A stretch of DNA of 64,000 bases from Phyllobates terribilis (taxonomy: Eukaryota), in the NCBI RefSeq assembly GCF_046119375.1, contig NW_027362772.1, positions 234,546,001 through 234,610,000 of the forward strand. The letters are read 5' to 3'. Positions 35,959-48,179 of this stretch are shown here, one piece after another. The translations under genes and the position numbers were made by a program. Position 1 is the first letter of the stretch. Each line of letters opens with the position of its first letter. The notes under the pieces were generated by a model that saw nothing but the letters and a program-made list of their open reading frames with translations, had not been told where the DNA came from and ran no database searches.

Positions 35959-38900
35959 TTACTCTCCCCAGGATGACACAGGGGTAGAAAAGTCGTTTCG
36001 GAACCATGATTTGTTCATCTTTATGAACGTGAGTCTGTCTACATTATCAGTGGAGAGCCGCGCGCGCTTATCTGTCAGCACACCACCAGCAGCGCTGAAC
36101 ACACGTTCAGACAGAACGCTGGCTGCGGGGCGTGACAAGATCTCCAAGGCGTAAGTGGCTAGCTCCGGCCATTTATCCAGATGGGAAGCGCAAAAAGAGC
36201 AAGGGTCCAGTGACACAGTCATGGCTTCAATGTTTACTTGGAGATACTCCTGTACCATCGTCTCTAGGCGCTGACTATGTGTCAGACTTCTTGTCTCCTG
36301 TGGCCTTGCAAAGGATGGGCTAAAAAAGTGGTGAAATGATTCCGCAAAATTGATGTTACCAGCAGATACAGTGTTTCTGTTACGGTTTGAGTGCTGAACA
36401 CTCGACGGTCCCACGGTTGGCAAGTTGGAACTGTGAGATTCACTACGTGCACCACTGGTGTTTTGTGGAAAAGCACATGTAAGATTCTGCAACAGTCTCT
36501 GCTGATACTCCTGCATGCGTGCATCCCTTTCTATGGCAGGAATAATTTCTGCAAATTTACTTTTGTACCGGGGATCTAACAGTGTGGCAACCCAGTAGTC
36601 AGGATTATTTCTAATTCTCACAATTCGAGGGTCATGTTGCAGGTAGTGCAGCAAGAAGGCACTCATGTGTCTTGCGCATCCAGGAGCACCAAGTCCCTGT
36701 TGTGTTGGTGGCGAGGTAACAATCATGCTTCCTTCCTCTGTCCTCTCCCCCCAACTTCGCACAACAGAAATGTGATCAAGGTCTCCCTCATCTGATGAGT
36801 CTTCCATCAGTTCGTCCTCCACTTCTTCCTGGGCTCCTGCACCTTCCTCACTAGTTTGGCTGCTACCATGCGCCCTGGTAAAACCATCTCCCCCACCCTC
36901 ACATGCCTGCCGCCTTGGTGCTGCCGACCGTCTAGACCTTGCAGATGTTAGCCCTTCCGCATACAACTCCTCCTCCTCTACTTCCTCCACCTCCTCTTGT
37001 GCCACCACCTGACTCCGAATTCTGTTTAACATGTGCTCCAGCATGTAAATCACCGGAATAGTCATGCTGATAATGGCATCGTCAGCACTAAACATCTTCG
37101 TCGCCATTTCAAAACTGTGCAGAAGGGTGCATAGGTCCCTGATCTGAGACCACTCCTCCAGCGTGATTTGCCCCACCTCTGGATCTCGTTGGCCCAGGCT
37201 ATACGTCAGAACGTATTGCACCAGGGCTTGTCGGTGCTGCCACAGTCGCTGCAACATGTGCAGAGTTGAATTCCACCAGGTAGGCACATCGCATTTTAGC
37301 CGGTGAAGTGGCAGGCCCAACGACTTCTGTAGAGATGTAAGTCGCTGAGCTGCGGGATGCGAACGGCGGAAGTGAGCACACAGCGACCGTGCTCTCTGCA
37401 GAAGGCCATCTAGTCCGGGATAGTGGTCTAAAAATTGCTGGACAACCAGGTTCAACACGTGAGCCATACAAGGCACGTGTGTGACATTGCCCCGGCGAAG
37501 GGCCGCACCCAGGTTTGCAGCATTGTCGCACACGGCCTTCCCTGGTTTCAGGTCCAGTGGAGACAACCATTCATGAAATTGGTTCTCCAGAGCTGACCAC
37601 AACTCCTCAGCTGTGTGACTCACATTTCCCAGACATTTCAATGTAAAAACTGCCTGATGACGTTGAGCCCTACTGCCAGCATAGTAAGGAGGTGTGCAGG
37701 ATCCCTTCTGTGCAGTTAGAAAGCTTGTGGCATGACCAGACAGGCTATGGGTGCAGGTGGAGGACCGAGAGGAGGTTGAGGAGGCAGAAGCAGTGGAGGA
37801 ACTTTGAGATAAAGAGGATTGACGCACAACTCGTGGGGACGGCAAGACTTGGACAGCAGCCCCTTGTCCTGCTGTCACCATAGTTACCCAGTGCCCAGTC
37901 AGCGACATGTAACGCCCCTGTCCATGCCTACTCGTCCAAGTGTCTGAGGTGAAATGCACCCTGTCACACACAGAGTTTCTCAAAGAAGCGGTGATGTTGC
38001 GTGCGACATGCTGGTGGAGCGCAGGCACACCTTTCTTTGAGAAGTAGTGCCGACTGGGCATCTGGTACTGGGGCACTGCACCGGACATAAGGTCTCGAAA
38101 ATCCTCTGTGTCCACCAGGCGGAAAGGCAGCATTTCTGTAGCCAAGAGCTTGCAGATGGTGAAATTCAACCTCTTAGCTTTCTCATGGCTAGGAGGAAAT
38201 GGTCTTTTACTTGTCCACATCTGAGGGACCGAGGGCTGGCTATTGTGCTTAGACGAGGTTGATAAGGGTGTCCCCGGAAAACTGCCGGTCTGTGAGGAAG
38301 ATGCAGGCGGACATGTTAGGTTGCCTTGATCCAAAGGTGGTGCTATCGATGTCGGACAGCAGTCAACACCAGCTGGTGTTACCACCTTCAAAGAAAATGA
38401 TGACCTGCCAATCACGCTGGCTGTTGCGGGTAAAGAGGTGGCAGGTCTGCGTCCCAAAACAGGTGTGACTGCTGTCTCCCCAGTCACAGAGGATGAAGAG
38501 GCCGCGGATGCACAAGATATGGCAGACGGCGGCTGGCCCGGCCGACTAGCCCGCATTGTAGCACAGTGAGCTTCCCACTGCAACTTATGCTTCATGTCCA
38601 TGTGCCGGTTCATGCATGAAGTAGTCAAACTATGTATTTTTTGGCCTCTACTTAGCTTTTGTTGACAAATGTTACAGATAACACGAGTTGGGTCATCTTT
38701 ATCGATCTGAAAAAATGCCCAGGCTATGCAAGGCTTAGCACCCATGCGACCTGAAGAGCCACCACGACTTGTGGTGAGAGGCAGAGTTGTGTTTGAGGAT
38801 GCAGTTGTTGACGTGCTTCCAGTACTGCGTCTCTGTCCAGGAAGGCGCAACCTGACCTCGTCATCACTAGCATTCTCCTCCACCTCCTCTGCTGACCTCA

Positions 38901-39345
38901 TCTCTTGGCTGACTGTGGGTTGACAGTAAGTGGGATCTCCAACCTCATCATCATCACCCTGTGCGTTATCACACCCGTCGTCCTCAGAGCCAACCTGTTC
39001 CTGCCCTGACAAAAAACTAAAGTTGTCGCTCCAATCAGGTATTTGAGTCTCATCATCGTCTTCCTCATTGTCTCCACCAACATGAGTTACAGTTTGGGAA
39101 TGAGGGTCTACATTATGGTCAGACCCTTCAGCGTCTGGTCCTGGATCCGACTCATAAAGATTCTGGGCATCAGTGCAGATCATTTCCTCGTCTGGATTCA
39201 CAGAAGCGCTGGAGCTGACCTCTGATTCCCAGGCTATAGTATGAGTAAACAGCTCTGCAGACTCAACCATCTGTTCTACCTCATACTTAGACGGGCAGCT
39301 GGAGATTTGGGAGCTGTGAGGAAGCAAGTGCGATTGGGGTGACAC
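35959..39345 (-). CDS. hAT (ZBED-like) transposase, 1128-aa open frame
   Basis: BED finger CNIC...RHMDMKH, FTSDTW (D), VCDNAA (D), PCMAH (CxxH), DVPTWWNST and SVLSERVFS (E). The in-frame upstream start at 39660 is cut off by two stops (39469, 39364). First in-frame ATG is near 39270. Confidence 0.85.
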   Translation of the reverse strand: MSPQSHLLPHSSQISSCPSKYEVEQMVESAELFTHTIAWESEVSSSASVNPDEEMICTDAQNLYESDPGPDAEGSDHNVDPHSQTVTHVGGDNEEDDDETQIPDWSDNFSFLSGQEQVGSEDDGCDNAQGDDDEVGDPTYCQPTVSQEMRSAEEVEENASDDEVRLRLPGQRRSTGSTSTTASSNTTLPLTTSRGGSSGRMGAKPCIAWAFFQIDKDDPTRVICNICQQKLSRGQKIHSLTTSCMNRHMDMKHKLQWEAHCATMRASRPGQPPSAISCASAASSSSVTGETAVTPVLGRRPATSLPATASVIGRSSFSLKVVTPAGVDCCPTSIAPPLDQGNLTCPPASSSQTGSFPGTPLSTSSKHNSQPSVPQMWTSKRPFPPSHEKAKRLNFTICKLLATEMLPFRLVDTEDFRDLMSGAVPQYQMPSRHYFSKKGVPALHQHVARNITASLRNSVCDRVHFTSDTWTSRHGQGRYMSLTGHWVTMVTAGQGAAVQVLPSPRVVRQSSLSQSSSTASASSTSSRSSTCTHSLSGHATSFLTAQKGSCTPPYYAGSRAQRHQAVFTLKCLGNVSHTAEELWSALENQFHEWLSPLDLKPGKAVCDNAANLGAALRRGNVTHVPCMAHVLNLVVQQFLDHYPGLDGLLQRARSLCAHFRRSHPAAQRLTSLQKSLGLPLHRLKCDVPTWWNSTLHMLQRLWQHRQALVQYVLTYSLGQRDPEVGQITLEEWSQIRDLCTLLHSFEMATKMFSADDAIISMTIPVIYMLEHMLNRIRSQVVAQEEVEEVEEEELYAEGLTSARSRRSAAPRRQACEGGGDGFTRAHGSSQTSEEGAGAQEEVEDELMEDSSDEGDLDHISVVRSWGERTEEGSMIVTSPPTQQGLGAPGCARHMSAFLLHYLQHDPRIVRIRNNPDYWVATLLDPRYKSKFAEIIPAIERDARMQEYQQRLLQNLTCAFPQNTSGARSESHSSNLPTVGPSSVQHSNRNRNTVSAGNINFAESFHHFFSPSFARPQETRSLTHSQRLETMVQEYLQVNIEAMTVSLDPCSFCASHLDKWPELATYALEILSRPAASVLSERVFSAAGGVLTDKRARLSTDNVDRLTFIKMNKSWFRNDFSTPVSSWGE

Positions 39346-39769
39346 CTTTGAGGACTGGAGTATTTATGATGTTGAAGTTGATGTGGAGGAGAGCCCACTT
39401 AAAGGAGCACTTGATATCCATTGAAGCACCTGCTGTTTTTGTGCCTCATCTGGAATTTGTAGCGATTGTCATGGCCGTAAGAAAGGGATCTTATCACATT
39501 GTCCGCTAAAAGAAGTAGACATTTTAGTTTGGCTGGAAGATGGTCTTTCTTCTGCAGATGTTACTGTTGCTTTAACACCTACCACACGGACACAACCTTT
39601 TTTCCCCTTCCCAACACGCCTATTCCCCTTTCCACCAGCAGCAGGCCTTTTTCCACTCATTTTGGTGGTTAACTAATTCACAACTCTGGAGTTGTTTGCA
39701 CAAAAAAACAATGGATGGGAACCGAGCAGAGCTGAGTGGCCAAACTGTAGTATTAGGCCAAAACTATTG

Positions 39770-40815
39770 GCTGGGTTAGATGCAGAAAAAAATTATATTC
39801 AATTTGCAACCTGATGGAGGTCAGTATAGATGGACTAATAGACCAAGTCCCACACACTGCTAGAAGCCCAAATATTTTTTCAGAGCTAGATGCAGAAAAA
39901 AATTATATTCAATTTGCAACCTGATGGAGGTCAGTATAGATGGACTAATAGAACAAGTCACACACACTGCTAGAAGCCCAAATATTTTTTCAGAGCTAGA
40001 TGAAGAAAAAAATTATTTTTAATTTGCAACCTGATGGAGGTCAGTATAGATGGACTAATAGACCAAGTCCCACACACTGCTAGAAGCCCAAATATTTTTT
40101 CAGAGCTAGATGCAGAAAAAAATTATATTCAATTTGCAACCTGATGGAGGTCAGTATAGATGGACTAATAGAACAAGTCCCACACACTGCTAGAAGCCCA
40201 AATATTTTTTCAGAGCTAGATGCAGAAAAAAATTATTTTTAATTTGCAACCTGATGGAGGTCAGTATAGATGGACTAATAGACCAAGTCCCACACACTGC
40301 TAGAAGCCCAAATATTTTTTCAGAGCTAAATGCAGAAAAAAATTATATTGAATTTGCAACCTGATGGAGGTCAGTATAGATGGACTAATAGACCAAGTCC
40401 CACACACTGCTAGAAGCCCAAATATTTTTTCAGAGCTAGATGCAGAAAAAAATAATATTCAATTTGCAACCTGATGGAGGTCAGTATAGATGGACTAATA
40501 GAACAAGTCCCACACACTGCTAGAAGCCCAAATATTTTTTCAGAGCTAGATGAAGAAAAAAATTATTTTTAATTTGCAACCTGATGGAGGTCAGTATAGA
40601 TGGACTAATAGACCAAGTCCCACACACTGCTAGAAGCCCAAATATTTTTTAGAGCAAGATGCAGAAAAAAATTATATTCAATTTGCAACCTGATGGAGGT
40701 CAGTATAGATGGACTAATAGAACAAGTCCCACACACTGCTAGAAGCCCAAATATTTTTTCAGAGCTAGATGCAGAAAAAAATTATTTTTCATTTGCAACC
40801 TGATGGAGGTCAGTA
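39770..40815. repeat. 110-bp satellite, left block (about 9.5 units)
   Basis: AATTTGCAAC recurs at 39801, 39911, 40021, 40131 and 40241. Confidence 0.95.
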
Positions 40816-40817
40816 TA

Positions 40818-42457
40818 CAGTCATGGCCAAAAGTTTTGAGAATGACACCAAAATTATATTTTCACATGATCTGCTGGCCTCTGGTTTTTATTAGTGTTTG
40901 TCTGATGTTTATATCACATACAGAAATATAATTGCAATCATATTATGGGTACCAATAGGTTATATTGACAGTTAGAATGAGTTAATGCAGCAAGTCAATA
41001 TTTGCAGTGTTGCCCCTTCTTCTTCAAGACCTTTGTGATTCTCCCTGGCATGCTCTCAATCAACTTTTGGACCAAATCCTGACTAATAGCAGTCCATTCT
41101 TGCATAATCAATGCTTGCATTTTGCCAGAATTTGTTGGTTTTTGTTTGTCCACCCGTCTCTTGATGATTGACCACAAGTTCTCAATGTGATTAAGATCTG
41201 GGGAGTTTCCAGGCCATGGACCCAAAATCTCTATGTTTTGTTCCATGAGCCATTTAGTTATCACCTTTGCTTTATGGCAAGGTGCTCCATCATGCTGGAA
41301 AAGGCATTGTTGGGCGCCAAACTGCTCTTGGACGGTTGGGAGAAGTTGCTCTTGGAGGACATTCTGGTACCATTCTTTATTCATGACTCTGTTTTTAGGC
41401 AAGACTGTGAGTGAGCCGATTCCCTTGGCTGAGAAGCAACCCAACACATGAATGGTTTCAGGATGCTTTACAGTTGGCATGAGACAAGACTGGTGGTAGC
41501 GCTCACCTCTACTTCTCCGAATAAGCTGTTTTCCAGGTGTCCCAAACAATCAAAAAGGGGATTCATCAGAGAAAATGACTTTGCCCCAGTCCTCAGCAGT
41601 CCACTCCCTGTACCTTTTGCAGAATATCAGTCGGTCCCTGAAGTTTTTTCTGGAGAGAAGTGGCTTCTTTGCTGCCCTCCTTGAAACCAGCCATTGCTCA
41701 AAGAGTCTCCGCCTCACAGTGCGTGCAGAAGCACTCACACCAGCCTGCTGCCATTCCTGAGCAAGCTCGGCACTGCTGGTAGTCCGATCCCGCAGCTGAA
41801 ACAGTTTTAAGATACGGTCCTGGCGCTTGCTGGTCTTTCTTGGGCGCCCTGGAGCCTTTTTCACAACAATGGAAGCTCTCTCCTTGAAGTTCTTGATGAT
41901 GCGATAGATTGTTGACTGAGGTGCAATCTTTGTAGCTGCGATACTCTTCCCTGTTAGGCCATTTTTGTGGAGTGCAATGATGGCTGCACATGTTTCTTTA
42001 GAGATAACCATGGTTAACTGAAGAGAAACAATGATACCAAGAACCACCCTCCTTTTAAAGTGTCCAGTGATGTCATTCTTACTTAATCATGACTGACTGA
42101 TCGCCAGCCCTGTCTTCATCAACACCCACACCTGTGTTAATGGATCAATCACTAAAACCATGTTAGCTGCTCCTTTTAAGGCAGGACAGCAATGATGTTG
42201 AAATGTGTTTTGGGGGTTAAAGTTCATTTTCTGGGCAAATATTGACTTTGCAAGTACTGTAATTGCTGTTAAGCCGATCACTCTTTGACATTCAGGAGTA
42301 TATGCAAATTGCCATTACAAAAAATGAAGCAGTAAACTTTGGAAAAATTACTCTTTGACATTCAGGAGTATATGCAAATTGCCATTACAAAAAATGAAGC
42401 AGTAAACTTTGGAAAAATTACTATTTGTCTCATTCTCAATACTTTTGGCCATGACTG
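40818..42457 (-). mobile_element. Full-length Tc1-family DD35E (Traveler-type) transposon
   Basis: TIRs CAGTCATGGCCAAAAGT at both ends, TA at 40816-40817 and 42458-42459. 35 residues between QHD and HIE. Confidence 0.93.
40995..42011 (-). pseudogene. DD35E transposase (338 codons) with one in-frame stop
   Basis: MVISKETCAAII...FSDESPF*LFGTPG...QHDGAPCH...SPDLNHIENLW. The two ORF pieces are in the same frame. Confidence 0.9.
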
Positions 42458-42529
42458 TAGGTTGGGGGTAAAAATGCCAAAAATCATAAAATTTGTGCAC
42501 AACTCGTAGTTGCACAAAAATGTTGCAAC

Positions 42530-43925
42530 ATTTCAGAGCTAGATGCAGAAAAAAATTATGTTGAATTTTCAACCTGATGGAGGTCAGTATAGATGGACTA
42601 ATAGAACAAGTCCCACACACTGCTAGAAGCCCAAATATTTTTTCAGAGCTAGATGCAGAAAAAAATTATATTCAATTTGCAACCTGATGGAGGTCTGTAT
42701 AGATGGACTAATAGACCAAGTCCCACACACTGCTAGAAGCCCAAATATTTTTTCAGAGCTAGGTGCAGAAAAAAAATAATTTTAATTTGCAACCTGATGG
42801 AGGTCAGTATAGATGGACTAATAGACCAAGTCCCACACACTGCTAGAAGCCAAAATATTTTTTCAGAGCTAGATGCAGAAAAAAATTATATTCAATTTGC
42901 AACCTGATGGAGGTCAGTATAGATGGACTAATAGACCAAGTCCCACACACTGCTAGAAGCCCAAATATTTTTTCAGAGCTAGATGCAGAAAAAAAAATAT
43001 ATTCAATTTGCAACCTGATGGAGGTCAGTATAGATGGACTAATAGAACAAGTTCCACACACTGCTAGAAGCCCAAATATTTTTTCAGAGCTAGATGCAGA
43101 AAAAAATTATATTCAATTTGCAACCTGATGGAGGTCAGTATAGATGGACTAATAGAACAAGTCCCACACACTGCTAGAAGCCCAAATATTTTTTCAGAGC
43201 TAGATGCAGAAAAAAAATTAGATTGAATTTGCAACATGATGGAGGTCAGTATAGATGGACTAATAGAACAAGTCCCACACACTGCTAGAAGCCCAAATAT
43301 TTTTTCAGAGCTAGATGCAGAAAAAAATTATATTCAATTTGCAACCTGATGGAGGTCAGTATAGATGGACTAATAGAACAAGTCCCACACACTGCTAGAA
43401 GCCCAAATATTTTTTCAGAGCTAAATGCAGAAAAAAATTAAATTCAATTTGCAACCTGATGGAGGTCAGTATAGATGGACTAATAGAACAAGTCCCACAC
43501 ACTGCTAGAAGCCCAAATATTTTTTCAGAGCTAGATGCAGAAAACAAATTAGATTGAATTTGCAACCTGATGGAGGTCAGTATAGATGGACTAATAGATC
43601 AAGTCCCACACACTGCTAGAAGCCCAAGTATTTTTTCAGAGCTAGATGCAGATAAAAATTATTTTGAATTTGCAACCTGATGGAGGTCAGTATAGATGGA
43701 CTAATAGACCAAGTCCCACACACTGCTAGAAGCCCAAATATTTTTTCAGAGCTAGATGCAGATAAAAATTATTTTAATTTGCAACCTGATGGAGGTCAGT
43801 ATAGATGGACTAATAGAACAAGTCCCACACACTGTTAGAAGCCCAACTATTTTTCCAGAGCTAGATGCAGAAAAAACTTATATTCAATTTGCAACCTTAT
43901 GGAGGTCAGTATAGATGGACTAATA
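42530..43925. repeat. 110-bp satellite, right block (about 12.5 units)
   Basis: Same unit as 39770-40815. Confidence 0.95.
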
Positions 43926-44649
43926 GAATGATGCTATGCCCAAAAGATTTTACTTCACTAGGTGCAGTAAAAAAATTGGTATTCTATACACAGGTGGTGT
44001 AGCTTGCAACACAGATAGGCTACTCCACTGACTAGGCCAAAAAGGATTAGCTTTGCTAGATTTAGCCAAATGCTGTGAAAAAAACTTGCACAGCACTGGC
44101 ACAGACCTGCCTGGCAAAAACTGATAGGAACTGATGTAACTTAGTCCTGAAAAGGACTGCAATTACAATTAGTCTTTACTCCCAACCTATCTATTTAAGA
44201 GCACAGACCTGTCTGATAAAAGTCGTAGGAAATACTGTAACCTAGTCCTTAAATGGACTGCAATCAAAACTATTCCCTACTCCCAAGCTATCTGTAGATT
44301 TGTGCGAAAATTGGCTTTAAATTAACAAGGTATAACACACACAGCAACAGCGGTGCCGTCTAACACGCAGCTGCAGCAGTGAGAAAATGGTGGCGACGGG
44401 GAAAATGGCTGGGTCTTATAGGGCAAGGACATGTGACATACACAGCCAATGACACATGGCCTTGCTTGTGTGAAAAAAAGCAGTTCGCTCCGTGTGTGCG
44501 CTGCTGATAGGCTGACAGATTGCACCTCCCCACTGTAAATGCGGGAAAGAGAAAAAAAAATGGAGATCTTCATTATTCCTGCAGAGATCCATCCCCTGCC
44601 CCTCCCCCCGCCCCGCTGTACACTCAAACTGCGTATTAACATTAATTTT

Positions 44650-44729
44650 CATCATTACTGAGAAAAAATCCAGAAATGTGGCAAAAGGTAGAAAAGTTCA
44701 AGGGGGCCAAATACTTTCACAATGCACTG
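44650..44729 (+). mobile_element. Tc1-like 3' terminal fragment
   Basis: AAAAGTTCAAGGGGGCCAAATACTTTCACAATGCACTG followed by TA resembles a Tc1 right TIR. Confidence 0.55.
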
Positions 44730-44768
44730 TATAACTACATCAGTATTTCCTGCAAATTACAATGCATG

Positions 44769-46034
44769 TGTGGCGTCCCTGATGGTCCAGTTGCCACAGA
44801 GGTACTGCATCTCACCCAGAGGTGTTGTACCCCACTCTCAGGTAAGGAGGGAGTACTACCTGGGACCCACACACCCACATGCAATACACTCCACTTCAGT
44901 AAGTAAGGGCGAGATTGCTCCTAAGGGAGAGCACAGTCCCTGGTCCCTAGCTGGAAGGTAGAACTAGAAAGAGGAGGTGGGTGGGGGAAGAAGTTCAGGG
45001 GAGCACCGACAGGAAGAATATAAGAAGAAGGGGAACCATCTAGAAGCGTGAGTTGTGAGTCAGTTGTGAGGAGAGAGAGTTGGGAACAGGAGCTCAGGAG
45101 GCGCTCTGCTCAGGAGGAGTAGAGAAAGGAGCAGGGCCCAGTGAGAGAGGCCCAGGAGAAGGAAAGAGAGAAGAGAGGAGCAGTGAGGAGGGCTCCAGGA
45201 GGAACAGAGGGGATACCAGGGGCACGGTGAGTGTGAATGTCACCCGTGCGCCCGAATCTACGCTGAAGTAGAGCGGTCAGGCCACAGAGTGAGAACCGGC
45301 CCCTAAACTAGTGGAGAACAACCAGGCTCAGCTAGACAACTGGAGGGTGCTGCATTTTCAAGGTGCTGCAGCCAAGAGCCACAATTACATTGCCGAAAAG
45401 GTGGCGGCATAGGGTCCAGGGGATTGCATGTCGCCCGACAATGCCCAAGGCCACTGGCTTGGGACACTGATTGTGAGGCGCAGGGCAGGAGGGTGAGAGC
45501 CAGGGCAGTGAGACTACCGGAAAGATACATAGAACGGGGTCCCGTTAAGTGCTCCTGAGGTACCTGAGAGATTGCTAGATCCCTACTCCGGAGGACACAG
45601 GACGACGTGGGAGGTTACACACTGGTAACTGTAACCTGAAGTCTTGAACAACTGTGAGTAAAACCTGAAGACTGCACCCCACAGTGTCCTTGAATAATTT
45701 CTGCGTCATCACCAGTCCTGCACTACACAGCACCAGCAACATCTACCTCATGAAATCATCACTACACTGCCCTGGAGCTAAGCTCTACCTGTGGAGAGCT
45801 GAACCAACTCTGCTGCGTCACCATCAGCTCCAGAGGATCTGCACTGCAGCAGCGGCTCCATATAGCCGCATACCACAGGTGGCGTCACGAACATTATCTC
45901 TAAAAACTTTATTCCCCTTTTATTTATCCTTTAATTGACCGCCCTGGGTCATGGACCGGGTCACGGCCACCGTGACATCCCCCAGCACTGACTGGCCCGG
46001 CTACCGAGAACCCCACGGCCCAGGTGGAGCGTCA
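44769..46034 (+). mobile_element. Solo-LTR-like element (copy 4)
   Basis: Runs TGTGGCGTCCC...GGTGGAGCGTCA. TSD CATG at 44765-44768 and 46035-46038. Confidence 0.85.
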
Positions 46035-46389
46035 CATGTGTTTCGGGGACCAAGGTTCAATACTGGACTGATGGAAGAGACAAAGAGAGTGCTACATATT
46101 CAAATATTGGGGCAAAAGGTACTTACCATGTCCTGGTCACCGACAACCCATGCTCCATGCAGTAAATAAACAGCAATACTTATAGTGACATTCTTACTTT
46201 GAAATATTTTAAAATATTTTGCAATAATTTGTTCTTTGACTACAATTTCTTGCTAGCAAAACCCTCACCTGTCCGCAACTCACATTACAACCACTTGGTG
46301 GCCACATAGAAGCACAGAGCATAAACCTTTCCTGACAAAGTATCTTTAAATCATTGTTTTTTCAAACCTTGTTCATGTCTCACCACTTA

Positions 46390-47251
46390 GGGTATGTGCA
46401 CACGATGCAGAAATGCTCAGGATTTTTTCCTGAGCGTTTCTGCATCTCTCTGGCAGGAAAAAACGCATGCGGATTGTACATGCGGTTTCCTGCCAGGGAC
46501 ATGCGGAAATGAAGCGGTCTTCACTTTCATTTCCGCATGCGGGTTGACAAGCGCTTCCCAAGCGATTTTAGCATCACTTGGAAAGTGCTTGTCAACTTCA
46601 CACTATATAAATCCATGCAACCGGCATGGATTTATATAGTGTGTGATGTCAAAAAATAAAAAATAAATCTATACTTTATCCTCTGATGGCCCCCGGTGTC
46701 CGGCTTCATCGGTCCCGGCTGCCGGCAGTGAAGACTGTAGGACCTTCCGACGTCAGCGTCACGTGACCCGTCACATGACTCTGACGTCAGCGAAGGTCCT
46801 TCATTCAACCCCGAAGTGCGCGGGAAGCCGGCAGGACGCAGCGCGGGCCATCAGAAGGTGAGAATATATATATTTTTTATTTTATTCTTTTTTTTTTAAT
46901 GGTACGTGGGTCTGGATGAGAGTCCTCTCATCCACACCCGGGTACCATCCGCACATTAGACCGCATGAAAAGCGCATCAACATATACAGTGATGCGGATT
47001 CCATGCGGTCTAATGCAAGTCAATGGCGGCAAAAGAGCAGCGTTTCCGCAAAATTAATTGACATGCTGCGGATTTTTGACCGCAGCATTTACGCTGCGGA
47101 AAAATCCGCATCATGGGCACAGCACATGCGGATTTCAATTGGGGAACATTGCTACCCTTCTACCATGCGTTTTTCATGCTTTTCCGCGGCGTTTACGCAA
47201 CTGCAAAAACGCCGCGGAAACGCATGAAAAACGCATCGTGTGAACTCAGCC
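46390..47251. mobile_element. PIF/Harbinger-like MITE
   Basis: GGGTATGTGCACACGATGC and GCATCGTGTGAACTCAGCC termini, TTA/TGA flanks, GCGGA/CCGCA subterminal repeats. Confidence 0.75.
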
Positions 47252-48179
47252 TGATCCAGTAAAATGTAGGGACAAGAAGAATGGTATGGAAAGACACATT
47301 TGTATCACCTGGGGGTAAGCTCTGCAGTGAGAGAAGGGTACTACATCAAGTAAAGTCACTTTGCCACATGATAAGTACCAAAAAACCAAGAATAATTCTT
47401 AAACACATGAAAAGTACCAAGAAAGCAAGAACAATTCTTAAACAAGAGTCTGTAATTTTTGTGGAATAAAACCAGGAGAATGAACAGCTGCGCATCGTCT
47501 TCTAACCTTTTAGCTTTAATTAATAATTTTCTAAACTTCCCATGAAGCTGCTCAAAGCTTTTTTATTTATTTCCAGCCGTCTGCATCTTACACCATCAGA
47601 TATTTTGCTGCTGGAATATTTTATAAACGGAATATATCATTAAAACCAAATATAATGTATTATTCACACAACCATAATAAATACGTGTCCTAAGAAACAG
47701 TCTTCAATTTCGTGAGTAGCTGCATAAACCTCTGACCCTGCGAAGCTCTGATCTGCGCTGATTCAATTTCTATCGTAAATTGGCGTGAGAGTAATTGTGT
47801 GACATCATTGCACTTAGCGGAGTTGGTGTGTGCGTAAGTAAATTACTGCAGGGAAGGGTTTAAAAGGAAGTTGTATTGAAAATAAATTATCGTCAATATA
47901 TAGAGTTTGTATTTCTTTGATTTTTGCATATAAACTCTTAGTTGGGTTGAAAACAACTAGAACATCAATTTTTTTTTTCCAACAACAGCACCCCAATTTT
48001 CCACAGGCTAAGAGTAGAATTGCAACTCAGACCTTTTCGCTTCAGCTAAACTTAGATGCAATACCAGATACAGCCTCTGGACAGGTGTGGTGCTGTTTCT
48101 GGAAAAAACAACACAATTGTCTAATATTGTGCAACACCTTTAAACATAAATGAGACTTATAACAGAAATATGTCTAATT

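Larger units (their letters stand above)
31375..44640 (-). mobile_element. Large hAT transposon, copy D (distinct subfamily; 5' TIR missing; many internal insertions)
   Basis: TAGTGTTGAGC end at 31375 with GTTCG/CGAAC subterminal repeats, organised like the 3' end of B. Transposase at 35959-39660, 5' satellite, and promoter-like block at 44385-44450. Joining the 31375 end to this ORF is an inference. Confidence 0.65.

Noticed and set aside
35959-39345. Domesticated host ZBED gene
   Set aside because: It lies among transposon-type subterminal repeats and satellites, has upstream in-frame stops and has substitutions in conserved motifs. Not excluded, but unsupported.
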